A stretch of DNA of 64,000 nt from a phage. The stretch is taken from the sequence record PZ445450.1. One strand, 5' to 3'. This document shows positions 37,432 through 47,671 of the stretch, piece after piece. The notes below the pieces were generated by a model. That model saw only the letters and a program-made list of their open reading frames with translations. It did not search any database and was not told where the DNA came from. Position numbers and translations under genes: made by a program. Each line of letters begins with the position of its first letter. Positions within the stretch are counted from its first letter, which is position 1.

Positions 37432-37743
37432 TTATTTAGCAATCACTATAGAATACTTACGATTGTCAGAAGCATCACAACTCAATGATTGCCAGTCTAC
37501 CACATACCACGTATCATTGTCAACAATTACTTTATCGCCTGTTCTGTAGCAAGTGCTGCTTTCAATAATGCGAGACTCGATAAAGAATCTGTGTCGGCGC
37601 TCACGTAGCAACGCTAAGTTGATTATATTACCACCGCTGTCCTTGGTCCACACATTCTTGGATCCTTTATTTGCCAAAATTGTCTCGCCGTTATAGACAA
37701 ACAGGCAGTATATTTTATTCAGTTTCTCTTGTATTGTAGCCAT
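37432..37743 (-). CDS. Hypothetical protein
   Basis: AAGGAGAAGG RBS before the internal ATG. Confidence 0.45.
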   Translation of the reverse strand: MATIQEKLNKIYCLFVYNGETILANKGSKNVWTKDSGGNIINLALLRERRHRFFIESRIIESSTCYRTGDKVIVDNDTWYVVDWQSLSCDASDNRKYSIVIAK

Positions 37744-37844
37744 ACTGTCCTTCTCCTTGTTTTGTCCGATAATAATATCTAAAGCTTGCCTATTTGTCAA
37801 CAACTGTTTTAGATATTTAAGGGTGGAATAACCACCCTTCTGTA

Positions 37845-38633
37845 TTACTCGGAAACAGGGGTCCAAATATGATTTGCACGATCCTCGATAAGATTGAGTG
37901 CGATCTGACGACCCAACCCGGAACGAACGACATCGTCTGGACTATCAAAGCTGATCATTCCAACCTCAGGATCTGGATGGCGAGTAAAGAAATCCGTCAC
38001 CCATGCAAGGCCAGATTTGCCAGGGATGTCACGTTGGCTATTATCACCCATAATTACAAGAGTGGCCTGATCAGAGATCCTTGTGATAATTGACAACATT
38101 TCTTCAGGGTTAGTTTGCTGTGCCTCGTCAATCAGAACAAAGCATCGCTCATCGAAACTACGACCACGAATGCTTTCAACTTCACAAATCTCGATACGAC
38201 TGTTCTGACCGTCTCCCAGCATTGCGGCAAAAGCACCTTTGCCAACACGACGACAAATCGTGTCCATCATGCTTCGAAGATAGGGCCACAGTTTCTGCAT
38301 TGCATTCCCTGGTTTAAATCCTGAAGTTTTTCCTGTCTGGACGTAAGGACGTGCAACAATAATCTTATCAATCTCGTTCTTACGCAGAAGATCACCTGCA
38401 TATGCAGATGCCATGAATGTCTTACCGGATCCAAACACACCGTTTACAATAATAATCTTACGTGACCCTAGATAATCAAGATACTTTTGCTGCTTCTTAT
38501 TCATTGGTCGGAGAGCTGGAGCGGTGTGCTCTCTTTCGTCAGCAAATTTCTCAGCAGCCTTACGCAGGCGATCAGATTTGCGAGCCTCTCTAGCTTCATC
38601 ACGCATGCGTTTTGTTTCTTTAGCTCGACCCAT
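37845..38633 (-). CDS. phoH: PhoH-like ATPase
   Basis: Walker A GVFGSGKTF; Walker B-like VLIDEAQ; AAGGAG RBS. Confidence 0.8.
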   Translation of the reverse strand: MGRAKETKRMRDEAREARKSDRLRKAAEKFADEREHTAPALRPMNKKQQKYLDYLGSRKIIIVNGVFGSGKTFMASAYAGDLLRKNEIDKIIVARPYVQTGKTSGFKPGNAMQKLWPYLRSMMDTICRRVGKGAFAAMLGDGQNSRIEICEVESIRGRSFDERCFVLIDEAQQTNPEEMLSIITRISDQATLVIMGDNSQRDIPGKSGLAWVTDFFTRHPDPEVGMISFDSPDDVVRSGLGRQIALNLIEDRANHIWTPVSE

Positions 38634-38671
38634 GTTGGGACTCCTTTCAGATTGAGATGTGCCAAGTACTT

Positions 38672-39022
38672 TTACTGCAACAGTTTTTCAATAGCCGCTT
38701 CCATGCTGCTTGCAACAGCCTGAACTCGGATATTCATCTCTTCTTGGTGGATCAGCTCCTTAAGCTCTTTAATGGTAAATTCTTTAGAGAAACCTTCCAC
38801 CATAATCTTGTGCAAGGCTTCTTGCGTGTCTACTTGCAAGAACTTTTCCAGTTTGTTGGCAGAGGCTTCTAAATCAGCCCGAATACGAGGGTCATCTGTG
38901 CGATTCAGCATTAGGCGTAAGCCATCAAGATTAGTAGAAATAGCATCTGCATGTTGAGTAACTAACCGTGGCAAAATGAGATCTACAAACTTATTAGCCA
39001 AATCGATACGTTCTTGTGTCAC
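38672..39022 (-). CDS. Hypothetical protein
   Basis: GTG start overlapping the stop of an upstream micro-ORF. Confidence 0.45.
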   Translation of the reverse strand: MTQERIDLANKFVDLILPRLVTQHADAISTNLDGLRLMLNRTDDPRIRADLEASANKLEKFLQVDTQEALHKIMVEGFSKEFTIKELKELIHQEEMNIRVQAVASSMEAAIEKLLQ

Positions 39023-39132
39023 TGTTGCACCCCCTCTTCATCTTCATGATGTTTCTTTTCACGCTTGTGTTTTTTCTTAAGCTCAAGCGCAATCTCTTTC
39101 TTGTACGCCTTCTTCAAGGCTTTTTTAGCCAT
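39019..39132 (-). CDS. Small Lys-rich peptide (37 aa)
   Basis: Strong GAGGAGGTG RBS; absent from the ORF track. Confidence 0.35.
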   Translation of the reverse strand: MAKKALKKAYKKEIALELKKKHKREKKHHEDEEGVQQ

Positions 39133-39194
39133 TTGGCACCTCCTCTGCTTTCATTACGACAATTATAACCAACTTAACAAAGATTTGTCAACAA

Positions 39195-39668
39195 CTAGTC
39201 TACCTGAACCCAACCGCCTGATACTTTTTTAAACATTCTTTGGTTATCACTACCTCGGAACGGTTTCTTGGTTGGTAAATCTTTTACATACTTACCGTCA
39301 ATGATGATATCAGCCAGTTTAAGAACATCACTAGAGATATGGTCAAATGTGAACCCAGTATATACAAGAATAGTTTTCTTGTCACCAAATTTTTCCTTAA
39401 TTTTCTCCATCAGGCTAATAATATCTGGCTCATTATAGTATGCTAAGGGTTCTCCACCCAGCAGAGAGATACCGCACACAGACGGGTTATCTAAATCTGA
39501 CAAGATTTTTTGCAAGTCTTCTTCAGTGAACTCCCTCCCCTTATCTTTTGACCAAAATGCCTGATTAAAGCAACCATGGCAAGCGTGTGGGCACCCAGAT
39601 ACCCACAAGGCAGTTCTAATACCTGGCCCTTCGGTGTAAGATATTTCTGTGTATCCGACAATGTTCAT
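39195..39668 (-). CDS. nrdG: Anaerobic ribonucleotide reductase activating protein
   Basis: Radical-SAM cluster CPHACHGC; lies directly downstream of nrdD. Confidence 0.85.
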   Translation of the reverse strand: MNIVGYTEISYTEGPGIRTALWVSGCPHACHGCFNQAFWSKDKGREFTEEDLQKILSDLDNPSVCGISLLGGEPLAYYNEPDIISLMEKIKEKFGDKKTILVYTGFTFDHISSDVLKLADIIIDGKYVKDLPTKKPFRGSDNQRMFKKVSGGWVQVD

Positions 39669-39781
39669 AGATACTCCGCATCACATTTAGGGCAATGCCA
39701 AATAAAATCGTCTAGTGCCTTGCACCAACGAAGATTGCAACTACAGCCGCACTTGCAAATTTTATAAATACCTGATGACAT
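39665..39781 (-). CDS. Cys-rich micro-protein (38 aa, 7 Cys)
   Basis: TAGGAGGTG RBS; CKCGCSC...CPKC; stop overlaps the nrdG start (ATGA). Confidence 0.4.
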   Translation of the reverse strand: MSSGIYKICKCGCSCNLRWCKALDDFIWHCPKCDAEYL

Positions 39782-39844
39782 ACTGCACCTCCTAGCTCAC
39801 TGTGTGTCAATAATATGCCACATCCTTGTGGCTTTTGTCAAGTA

Positions 39845-41968
39845 TCAGCAACTACAACTTCCATAGTGCTTAACTCGCTCGATAACTTCCGCTTGCTTAC
39901 CTTTATTGTAAGGACGGGAGTTAGGACTGGAAAGGTATCCAGACACACGTCGAATTACACTGATCGTTCCCTCTTCATGGTTTCCACACTCTGGGCACAC
40001 AAAGCCTTTAGCTGTTGCACTGAACTCACCAGAGAAACCACACTTAAGACATTTATCCACAGGTTGGTTAATACCAAAATACATAATGTGTTTATACCCG
40101 AAGTCAACAAGAGCCTCTAAAGCATCAAGGTTGTTTTTCAGGTTAGGTGTCTCTACGTATCCGATGTTGCCACCGGAGGAGATCATAGCAAAACCTTCCT
40201 CATACTCCCACTTATCAAAAGGAGAGCTATTGATCCATACTGGCTGATGGAAACTGTTGGTGAGATATTCATGCTCGTGCTTTAACACTTCTGGATATTC
40301 ACGATCCAGACAGGTTGCAGCTTTATAGCATAGACTCTCAGAAGGAGTGCCGTACAAGCTAAATGCTAGTCTACTTTCCTTCTTGTATCGCTCACAAGCA
40401 TCTCTCATGTGCTGAAGGATTCCAAGAGCTAAAGCCTTGTCACCCTCTCTACCCAAAATCTGACAGGTTTCATACACACCGATATACCCAATACTAATGG
40501 AAGCGTACCCGTCATAGAAGAGTTTATCAATACTCTCTTCAGGATCCAGGCGAGCAAGAGCGCCTTCACACCACATGATGGGATTCTGCCCTGCCTTTGT
40601 TCCTTTTAGACGATTAACCCTTACAAGGTGAGCCTCGTATGCAAGATCCAAGTATTCGTCAAGAACTGCAAAGAAATCAACACCTTCCGTCTTGGCTTTT
40701 GCCGCAATCATTGGCAGGTTAAGGCTAACAACGCCTAAGTTAAATCTGCCAAGGTATTTCTCCTCACCTGTTTCCAAGTCATTGTATTTGCTAAGAAAAC
40801 TCCGGCAACCCATGCTCGTTACTTTGCCATCTGTCGAGCCTGTCACTTTTCTATTTAGTGGTACAGATACGAAGTCAGGGTAGATACGTTCTGCACAGCA
40901 TTCCAGAGCTAATCGTTTCAAATCATAGTTAGGATCCCCAGGGTTCATGTTGACACCCTCTTCTAGGAAGAACAGCACTTTAGGGAACACAGGTGTAATA
41001 CGTTCTTCACCAAGACCCATTTTGTGGACTTTCAGGTAGTTTTTGGTAATCATTCTACCAAAGACCGAGGTATCCAGTCCTAAACTTAATGTGATAAATG
41101 GAGTTTGCCCGTTGACAGAAGTTAACGTATTGATTTGATAGAGCAAAGTCTGCATGCTGTCAAATACGTCTTTATCTGTCATTTGCATTGCAACAGTCTC
41201 AGCATCCGGCAACCAATGTTCCTGGCAAAATTTAAGGTTCTTCTCATAGGTTGCTTCAGCATACTGTGCCAGATAATGATCAATATGGCTCATAGTCTGA
41301 CCACCATATTGAGCACTAGCTACCGCACTAGAGATTTGGCTAAGGATTGTTGTTGCAACCCCTATTGACTTCGGCTTACTGACATGGGCGTTACCAATGT
41401 TGAATCCGTTTTCCAACATATCTGGATAATTTACCAAACAACAGTTTGTTAACGGACTGATCAAGTAGTCAAGATCATGCACATGGATGAAGCCTTTATT
41501 GTGCTCTTCGGAGACACGGTCTGGCAGGATCTGTGTTGATGCAAGGTGTTTGCTAAGAATACCTGCAAGCAGGTCGCGATGAGTGTGTACATGATTAGTA
41601 GGCTTATTTGCGTTTTCTTTTGTAAATTCATCACAAGTTCGATCCAAGAAGCCACTAATATCTGCAAGCAGTTTTCCACCTGCCTCTCTGTTATTATCTC
41701 TTGTCTGTCTATACTGGATGTATTCTCTGGCTGCACATTTTAAACCCATATCCATAAGAGCATCTTCAACAAGGATATGGATATTTTTTACAGAGATCGT
41801 GCACTGGTCGGTTGGTAGATTGTTAGCCACAACTTCATTAACCGCGCAGGCGATCCGGTAAGCTTCTTCTTCAGTATGTCCAGACTCAAGTAAGGCGGAC
41901 TCTGCCGCCTTGATCACCTTAATTCCGTTATAGAACTCTTCTCTACCGTCCCGTTTTACAACTTTCAC
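39845..41968 (-). CDS. nrdD: Anaerobic ribonucleoside-triphosphate reductase (class III)
   Basis: ATP-cone N-terminus; C-terminal zinc ribbon CLKCG...CPECG and glycyl-radical motif RRVSGY. Confidence 0.9.
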   Translation of the reverse strand: MKVVKRDGREEFYNGIKVIKAAESALLESGHTEEEAYRIACAVNEVVANNLPTDQCTISVKNIHILVEDALMDMGLKCAAREYIQYRQTRDNNREAGGKLLADISGFLDRTCDEFTKENANKPTNHVHTHRDLLAGILSKHLASTQILPDRVSEEHNKGFIHVHDLDYLISPLTNCCLVNYPDMLENGFNIGNAHVSKPKSIGVATTILSQISSAVASAQYGGQTMSHIDHYLAQYAEATYEKNLKFCQEHWLPDAETVAMQMTDKDVFDSMQTLLYQINTLTSVNGQTPFITLSLGLDTSVFGRMITKNYLKVHKMGLGEERITPVFPKVLFFLEEGVNMNPGDPNYDLKRLALECCAERIYPDFVSVPLNRKVTGSTDGKVTSMGCRSFLSKYNDLETGEEKYLGRFNLGVVSLNLPMIAAKAKTEGVDFFAVLDEYLDLAYEAHLVRVNRLKGTKAGQNPIMWCEGALARLDPEESIDKLFYDGYASISIGYIGVYETCQILGREGDKALALGILQHMRDACERYKKESRLAFSLYGTPSESLCYKAATCLDREYPEVLKHEHEYLTNSFHQPVWINSSPFDKWEYEEGFAMISSGGNIGYVETPNLKNNLDALEALVDFGYKHIMYFGINQPVDKCLKCGFSGEFSATAKGFVCPECGNHEEGTISVIRRVSGYLSSPNSRPYNKGKQAEVIERVKHYGSCSC

Positions 41969-42243
41969 TTTTTCTCTCCAAAACCATTCTTAACAAAAGA
42001 GATGAAATCGTCGGCACCGCCTATATGGACACTGTCAAGATCGCTTTCTAAGAAGATCTGCGGCAACGTTCTGGGGACAATTGGACTGCACTTCTCAATA
42101 AGCTCTTCTTTTGTGTAGCCCTCGCCAAGTGTCTTATATACAAAAGGCAGACCTTTGCTGATTGCAAATTCTTTTGCTCTGACACAATGTGGGCAGTTAT
42201 CCTTACCGTAAATGATGATGAAAAAAGATTTTTCGCAGCTCAT
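41965..42243 (-). CDS. Glutaredoxin/NrdH-like redoxin
   Basis: CPHC active site near the N-terminus; about 90 aa. Confidence 0.75.
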   Translation of the reverse strand: MSCEKSFFIIIYGKDNCPHCVRAKEFAISKGLPFVYKTLGEGYTKEELIEKCSPIVPRTLPQIFLESDLDSVHIGGADDFISFVKNGFGEKK

Positions 42244-42246
42244 ATA

Positions 42247-43335
42247 TTAAAACTCCCAAATTTCTTCTTCAGCGTCGTTAACAGTTGTGTTGACGCGGTA
42301 GTCAGTGTTCGACATTTCTTGGTTCGCCGTCTGTTGCAATGAAGGTTTCATCCACACCTGCATAAACGGTAGCGGGTCCTTTGTTGGCGGCACAAAGTCT
42401 TTGTCGATGTCGTAGTAATCATAAATCGGTGAGCAGTTATAGTCAACCCACTCTTTAAGCAACGGTGAGTTAAGACCTATAATCGCTCTTCCTTCGCTGA
42501 AAATATAGTCACTCCAACCGTACTCTTTGGTTCGTACTTCATCAAGAATCTCTTTTAACTCCCCCTTTATCTCAAGGAAGCTTTTCTCCCATGCGGGATC
42601 ATTAAGCAGGATATCAATGATGGCAAAATCACCTTTCGAATGTAGCATTTCGTCAAGCATGATTTTTTGAACAAGCTGCGCCACCTGAACAAAGATACCC
42701 TGTTCAGCTACTGCGAAAGTGCATGCAAAACTTGCAATAAACTCAATACTTTCCAGAGCTAAAAGTGCAAAAAGCGCTCTAAGAATGCATTTCCGCACAA
42801 CATCTTCTTCAACACTAGAAGGATCCAGTCGATATTTTGCACCAATAACCTCAAGCTCTTGCATGTATTTAACAATAACGCCGGATCTGCTCAGAACGTT
42901 TTGGTTTTCCTGAATCTCTTCTATAATCTCACGGGCATTGGGGAGGCATTGTCTAACAATCTCTGAGTAAGTTAGTGCGTGAAGAACTTCAATCTCTGAC
43001 TGTTTCATCAATAGAGTGAAAAGCTCACTATTAGTGATGAATGGTGAAAAGAGGCAGATGATCGATCTTGCCGCAACGCTATCAGCCTCCCATTGCCACA
43101 TCAAGGTCTGCACCATTACATCATAAGTTGACTTGGAGCATGTTACAAAATCTGAAATAGATTGCGACAAATCCACTTCATCCTCTGCCCAGTCTTGTTC
43201 TTTTTGTTTTTTGTACAGTTCGAACAGTTGTGGATATTTTTTGTTGATAGAGTCGTACATACCCATTTGCTGTCCCAGAAACAGCGGATAGTCACCAGTT
43301 TTATGAGCGGTGTTCTCAGCATTAAATACAGCCAT
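42247..43335 (-). CDS. nrdB: Ribonucleotide reductase class Ia beta subunit
   Basis: Iron-ligand E..H patterns (EIEVLHALTYSE, DEMLH); start refined to the internal ATG with GAGGTAG RBS. Confidence 0.8.
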   Translation of the reverse strand: MAVFNAENTAHKTGDYPLFLGQQMGMYDSINKKYPQLFELYKKQKEQDWAEDEVDLSQSISDFVTCSKSTYDVMVQTLMWQWEADSVAARSIICLFSPFITNSELFTLLMKQSEIEVLHALTYSEIVRQCLPNAREIIEEIQENQNVLSRSGVIVKYMQELEVIGAKYRLDPSSVEEDVVRKCILRALFALLALESIEFIASFACTFAVAEQGIFVQVAQLVQKIMLDEMLHSKGDFAIIDILLNDPAWEKSFLEIKGELKEILDEVRTKEYGWSDYIFSEGRAIIGLNSPLLKEWVDYNCSPIYDYYDIDKDFVPPTKDPLPFMQVWMKPSLQQTANQEMSNTDYRVNTTVNDAEEEIWEF

Positions 43336-43373
43336 TATTCTACCTCTAAAATGGGGCCGAAGCCCCTTTAAAA

Positions 43374-45689
43374 TTATAGTGCACAGCTTTCGCAATACGG
43401 ATCTTCAACTGAACTATCTGCAATCAAAGGATAGTTCTTTCTGGTTTCATCTTCAGCCTGTTTCTTGGCATGAAGTTCCTCTGCCAAGGAGTCACCCGCA
43501 CCAACCCTAGAGTTTAAATAATACCATGTCTTCATTCCGAATTTAGTGGCACGGATAAGGTACCCTAGCTGCTCCTTCATTGAAATTTTACCATCTTTCA
43601 ACTTGGTGTAGTCTATGTATAAATCCGCGCTGATTGCCTGACCTGTGAATTTTTGAATCACAGCATACATATCGATCATGTCGTTAGTATCAACGTCCCA
43701 AGCCGAAGTGTAATACTCTTTCAACTCATCATAGTCAGGAACGATAAACAGCACCTGCCCTTGTGGCGACTTTTTAAAGATAATGTGCTCACGGACAGGA
43801 TAAACCCCGTTAGTGGTGTTTGTTGCCAGCGAAGAGCTTTCATTAGGCATGTATGCTTCAAGAACGCTATTACGTAGCCCACCATTTTCAACGATTTCTT
43901 TACGTAACCCTTCCCAATCCTGCTTAAGAGAAGGATCTTTCACCACACTATCGACCTCTTTGTTATAAGTATCGATTGGTAACCAACCCTCTGGGTATTT
44001 TGTTTTATGCATCCACTCGCAGACACCACGCTCTTTTGCCAATCGTAAACTTGCCTTATGCAAGCTGTAGCTGTGGAGCTCTGCAAGATCGTGAACAAGC
44101 TGTTTACTTTCAGGAGACCCGTAAGCAACCTTGTGGCTGGCAATAAAATGTGCAACATTGGTAAGGCCAACCCCGATGGATCTGCGTTTTTTAACAGTGC
44201 TCTCCATATTTTCATACGGATATGTCATGATTTCCATAACATTGTCAATCATAAGCACAGTGTAGTATGCAACATCCTCATACTCCTCTGGAGTAACCCT
44301 TCCAGCTACAAGAGATGACAGGAAGCACAATGCAACTTCGCCATCATCAACATCGTACTTGAAGATATTACGCATATCTGAATAGCCTTTTGTCGGGAGG
44401 GCTATTTCTGCACACAGGTTACTTGAATAGATCACATCTTTAAAAGGTGTATGTCTATTCATCTCATCTGTCCAGTACACATACAGCCTGCCAACCTCGG
44501 TACGCTGAGTGATCAGCTCAACAGCAAGATCTCTAGCTCGGATCCATGTTTTAGGAATACTGTCATCTTTAGCGATACGATCAACCTCTGCATCGAACTC
44601 CTCCATAGACATGGTGAAGATACCCTCATGCAGTTGAGGCGCGTGCTTATAAGAAACAAGCATCCAATCCAAATTCTTAGCCACACGGTTGATAAACGAC
44701 CTATTAATACCTATAGAGTAGTCCATGGTGTTGATTCTTTTTGAAGCAACAGTCATAGGGTTTCTCAAACGGATTAGCTCATCAATCTGCGGGTCCAGTG
44801 CAAGGAATGATACTGTTGCAGAACCGCCACGTGATTGTTGTCTGTTCTCCTTAACCCCAGCATCAATACCTCGATAATATGGAATCTTGCCCATATGTTT
44901 AATAGTGTTACCACGAACACCATCACCTGCAGATCTTGATGATAAATAGTAGCCAATACCTGCTTGGTTAACCGTCATTGTGTATGCAACTTCACGTGCC
45001 ACACCAATAGATTTTGCTGTATCGTCAGCTTTTATTACACAACAAGATGCATACCCTGTCTTGCCTGTGCGTAGACCGTTTAAGTACGGTGTCGGGGCAT
45101 TGATCTTTAAGTCTGACAGATAAGTGTATAATTTTACAACATCTTCAATACGGCGTTCTTTCGGCATATTTTTCATGACAGCCATCGCTATCCCCATAAA
45201 CATCATCTGTGGAGATTCGAACAGGGTGTCTTTAAGAGTATCCTTGATCCCGTATTTGTCTCGAAACTGTTTAAGGACTGCATAGCCATAACCAAGGTCT
45301 TTACTGTGATCAATAACAGTGTCTAAAGTGTTTAACTCGGTAAAGCTATATCCCATATCCTCCCAATACCCTTTATCAACCATGGTATTGTAAAATGATG
45401 GTAAGGAAGGGATCTTTGTGAATCCTCCAAAAGCCTCTTTATAAATCTGACCGATAAGAACACGACCAGCCATACGAGAATGTGCTTCGTCCTTACGGCT
45501 AACACAGGAGTCTATAATAGCTTGGTTAACTTCTTTGGTTGTGCATCCATCATACAGCCGTTTGTATGCATCAAGTGCAATATGTGACCAATTGCCGTTA
45601 CCGTCGTCACCGAAAATAGCTGCCTTATTTAAACGTTCCGGATCGAATGCTACTTCACATCCGTTGCTTTTAATTACCTTGGTGATCAA
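43374..45689 (-). CDS. nrdA: Ribonucleotide reductase class Ia alpha subunit
   Basis: ATP-cone N-terminus; active-site NLCAEIALPT; C-terminal Cys pair. Confidence 0.9.
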   Translation of the reverse strand: MITKVIKSNGCEVAFDPERLNKAAIFGDDGNGNWSHIALDAYKRLYDGCTTKEVNQAIIDSCVSRKDEAHSRMAGRVLIGQIYKEAFGGFTKIPSLPSFYNTMVDKGYWEDMGYSFTELNTLDTVIDHSKDLGYGYAVLKQFRDKYGIKDTLKDTLFESPQMMFMGIAMAVMKNMPKERRIEDVVKLYTYLSDLKINAPTPYLNGLRTGKTGYASCCVIKADDTAKSIGVAREVAYTMTVNQAGIGYYLSSRSAGDGVRGNTIKHMGKIPYYRGIDAGVKENRQQSRGGSATVSFLALDPQIDELIRLRNPMTVASKRINTMDYSIGINRSFINRVAKNLDWMLVSYKHAPQLHEGIFTMSMEEFDAEVDRIAKDDSIPKTWIRARDLAVELITQRTEVGRLYVYWTDEMNRHTPFKDVIYSSNLCAEIALPTKGYSDMRNIFKYDVDDGEVALCFLSSLVAGRVTPEEYEDVAYYTVLMIDNVMEIMTYPYENMESTVKKRRSIGVGLTNVAHFIASHKVAYGSPESKQLVHDLAELHSYSLHKASLRLAKERGVCEWMHKTKYPEGWLPIDTYNKEVDSVVKDPSLKQDWEGLRKEIVENGGLRNSVLEAYMPNESSSLATNTTNGVYPVREHIIFKKSPQGQVLFIVPDYDELKEYYTSAWDVDTNDMIDMYAVIQKFTGQAISADLYIDYTKLKDGKISMKEQLGYLIRATKFGMKTWYYLNSRVGAGDSLAEELHAKKQAEDETRKNYPLIADSSVEDPYCESCAL

Positions 45690-45916
45690 TTTGCTTCCTC
45701 CACTTCATCAACGTATTTATCAAGGCAGGTATCAGTATCTTGTTGGGTAAAGGTATCCTCTTCTACAGAGATATTTATAATTTTACCTGTATACTCGTCA
45801 TAATAAACATCATCATACATTTTAATATCGTTTGTCAGGCCATTGAACCAAAGCCAACCAACATATTCTGCCCGACTTGCAAAACCAAGATCCTTCCACT
45901 TGGAGTTATGACTCAT
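45686..45916 (-). CDS. Hypothetical protein
   Basis: AAGGTGG RBS before the internal ATG. Confidence 0.4.
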   Translation of the reverse strand: MSHNSKWKDLGFASRAEYVGWLWFNGLTNDIKMYDDVYYDEYTGKIINISVEEDTFTQQDTDTCLDKYVDEVEEAN

Positions 45917-45926
45917 CTTCACCACC

Positions 45927-46388
45927 TTAGCTTTCAATACCGAATAATTTTTCCAGGCGATGCAGATCTTCAAAATTGAAAGGTTCATCAACAATATGAA
46001 TATCTTCAGCCTTTTCAGATTGTTTTGTATACTTTCTTACATTGACACGATCCTCTACGGGGATATCATACGGAAGATCTTGAACAAGCATTGTCTCACC
46101 GGGTGCTTTATCTACATCTAGAATATCTACACCATTATACATTTGTGGGTATCTAAAGTCTGCACGCATGACACCAGCAAATACATCGGCCTTTCGATAA
46201 TGAGTTGGTTTATTTTTGCATCTAACGTTTTTTCCACGAAGAACATCAATATTTTTTAAATCAAACCCTACGGCAAAGAGTGCAGCTCGAAGACCGTTTC
46301 GTGTGCGAACGTTAAACCCAGGAACGGTAGATAGGAAATCTAAAGTAACTGAAATAAATGTCTTTTTAGGAATCATAACATCACTCAT
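45927..46388 (-). CDS. Hypothetical protein
   Basis: AGGGAG RBS before the internal ATG. Confidence 0.45.
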   Translation of the reverse strand: MSDVMIPKKTFISVTLDFLSTVPGFNVRTRNGLRAALFAVGFDLKNIDVLRGKNVRCKNKPTHYRKADVFAGVMRADFRYPQMYNGVDILDVDKAPGETMLVQDLPYDIPVEDRVNVRKYTKQSEKAEDIHIVDEPFNFEDLHRLEKLFGIES

Positions 46389-46486
46389 ATCTGTCTCCCT
46401 TTCTGGCTCACCAACAAAGTGAGCCACTATTATAGATTATCTAATGCTATTAGTCAACACAAAAATTACCTATCGCTGTGATAGGC

Positions 46487-47470
46487 TTACCCTTTCATGA
46501 AGTGGTTATTAAGCAACTGTCTGTGCTGAACCCACCCACAAAAGTTGGCAGACCAGAATTTACCATCACGGTCTTGATGGGTTACACCTTCCTGCCAAAC
46601 ACAACTATCTTGTGTGATTTCACATGAAGACAGGTAGTAGTTTAAACGTTCCATTGCATTATCGTGATCCATAGGTGTCGCCTGGTGCTCGTAAGGGCTT
46701 GCATGAATACGATCCCCACCAATCAATTTTTTAGCCACACTATCTGCTTTTTCAAACGTGCTGTCAATATTGCGATAAGATACTTGTGCACAGCAGCTCG
46801 CACTAATAGATAGAGCTTCTCCAGTATCGAGAATGCATAGCTTCCCTTCTGTGTCACGCACGGCATAGTTAAACTCACCGTCCAAATAAACGTGCTCTAC
46901 ATATGGGGTGTGCCATTGGCCTGGTTTAAGGGTTTCAGGAGTGCTATTCATAAGAGCATCCCACATACAATTAGCCAGCATCTGAATCGTAGGATCAGCA
47001 TCGTGCCAGCAACGCAGATGGAAAAAATTATTCCACTCGGTGCTTGTTACAACTGTTTTCATGCGCTGAAACGGCTCCACTAAGCGATTACATACTTGCT
47101 TATGGTAACCAGCAAGGGCGAACTTCTCTGCATGCCACGCGGCGTTTTTTGCAGCTTCTTTCCAAAACTCTTCAGGAGTTAACTCCATGTCGGTATACTC
47201 TACACGGATCTTTTGATCGTGTTCCCCACCATCTTCCATCCCTCGCTTATTTACACCGAAGCGAACTGGCATTGCCGGATTCTCCACGATCTGCTGCAGC
47301 ATCTTACCGACAGGAACTGCACGAGAAGACATGGCGTTTCGGCTGAACACTCGATGTGTCATAAGCTCTGAGTGAATAATTCGAGGATACTCTAGCTCAA
47401 AAGTGGTGATACGCTTACCTTTCTCGGAAATGCTGTCGGCAATAATCTTTGCAGTGCACAGTTTTAGCAT
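46487..47470 (-). CDS. thyX: Flavin-dependent thymidylate synthase
   Basis: ThyX signature HRVFSRNAMSSRA (RHR...S...R motif). Confidence 0.8.
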   Translation of the reverse strand: MLKLCTAKIIADSISEKGKRITTFELEYPRIIHSELMTHRVFSRNAMSSRAVPVGKMLQQIVENPAMPVRFGVNKRGMEDGGEHDQKIRVEYTDMELTPEEFWKEAAKNAAWHAEKFALAGYHKQVCNRLVEPFQRMKTVVTSTEWNNFFHLRCWHDADPTIQMLANCMWDALMNSTPETLKPGQWHTPYVEHVYLDGEFNYAVRDTEGKLCILDTGEALSISASCCAQVSYRNIDSTFEKADSVAKKLIGGDRIHASPYEHQATPMDHDNAMERLNYYLSSCEITQDSCVWQEGVTHQDRDGKFWSANFCGWVQHRQLLNNHFMKG

Positions 47471-47670
47471 TATTTAGCTCTCCTTGTTTTAATTTTGGAA
47501 ATTTCGTCTGGGTTTATGTTGGCCTTAAATGCAAGGTATCTGTTAAACATATCAGAGCACATGTCTTGGGTGATCCTGGAGGCATACACTAGCTTACCTC
47601 CAAGATCATATACCTCTAGCCAGTCACCGTATCTGACTACAGGATCGCCACCTTTAGAACATCTGCCCAT
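47470..47670 (-). CDS. Hypothetical protein
   Basis: 66 aa ORF, start/stop overlap. Confidence 0.4.
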   Translation of the reverse strand: MGRCSKGGDPVVRYGDWLEVYDLGGKLVYASRITQDMCSDMFNRYLAFKANINPDEISKIKTRRAK

Positions 47671-47671
47671 T

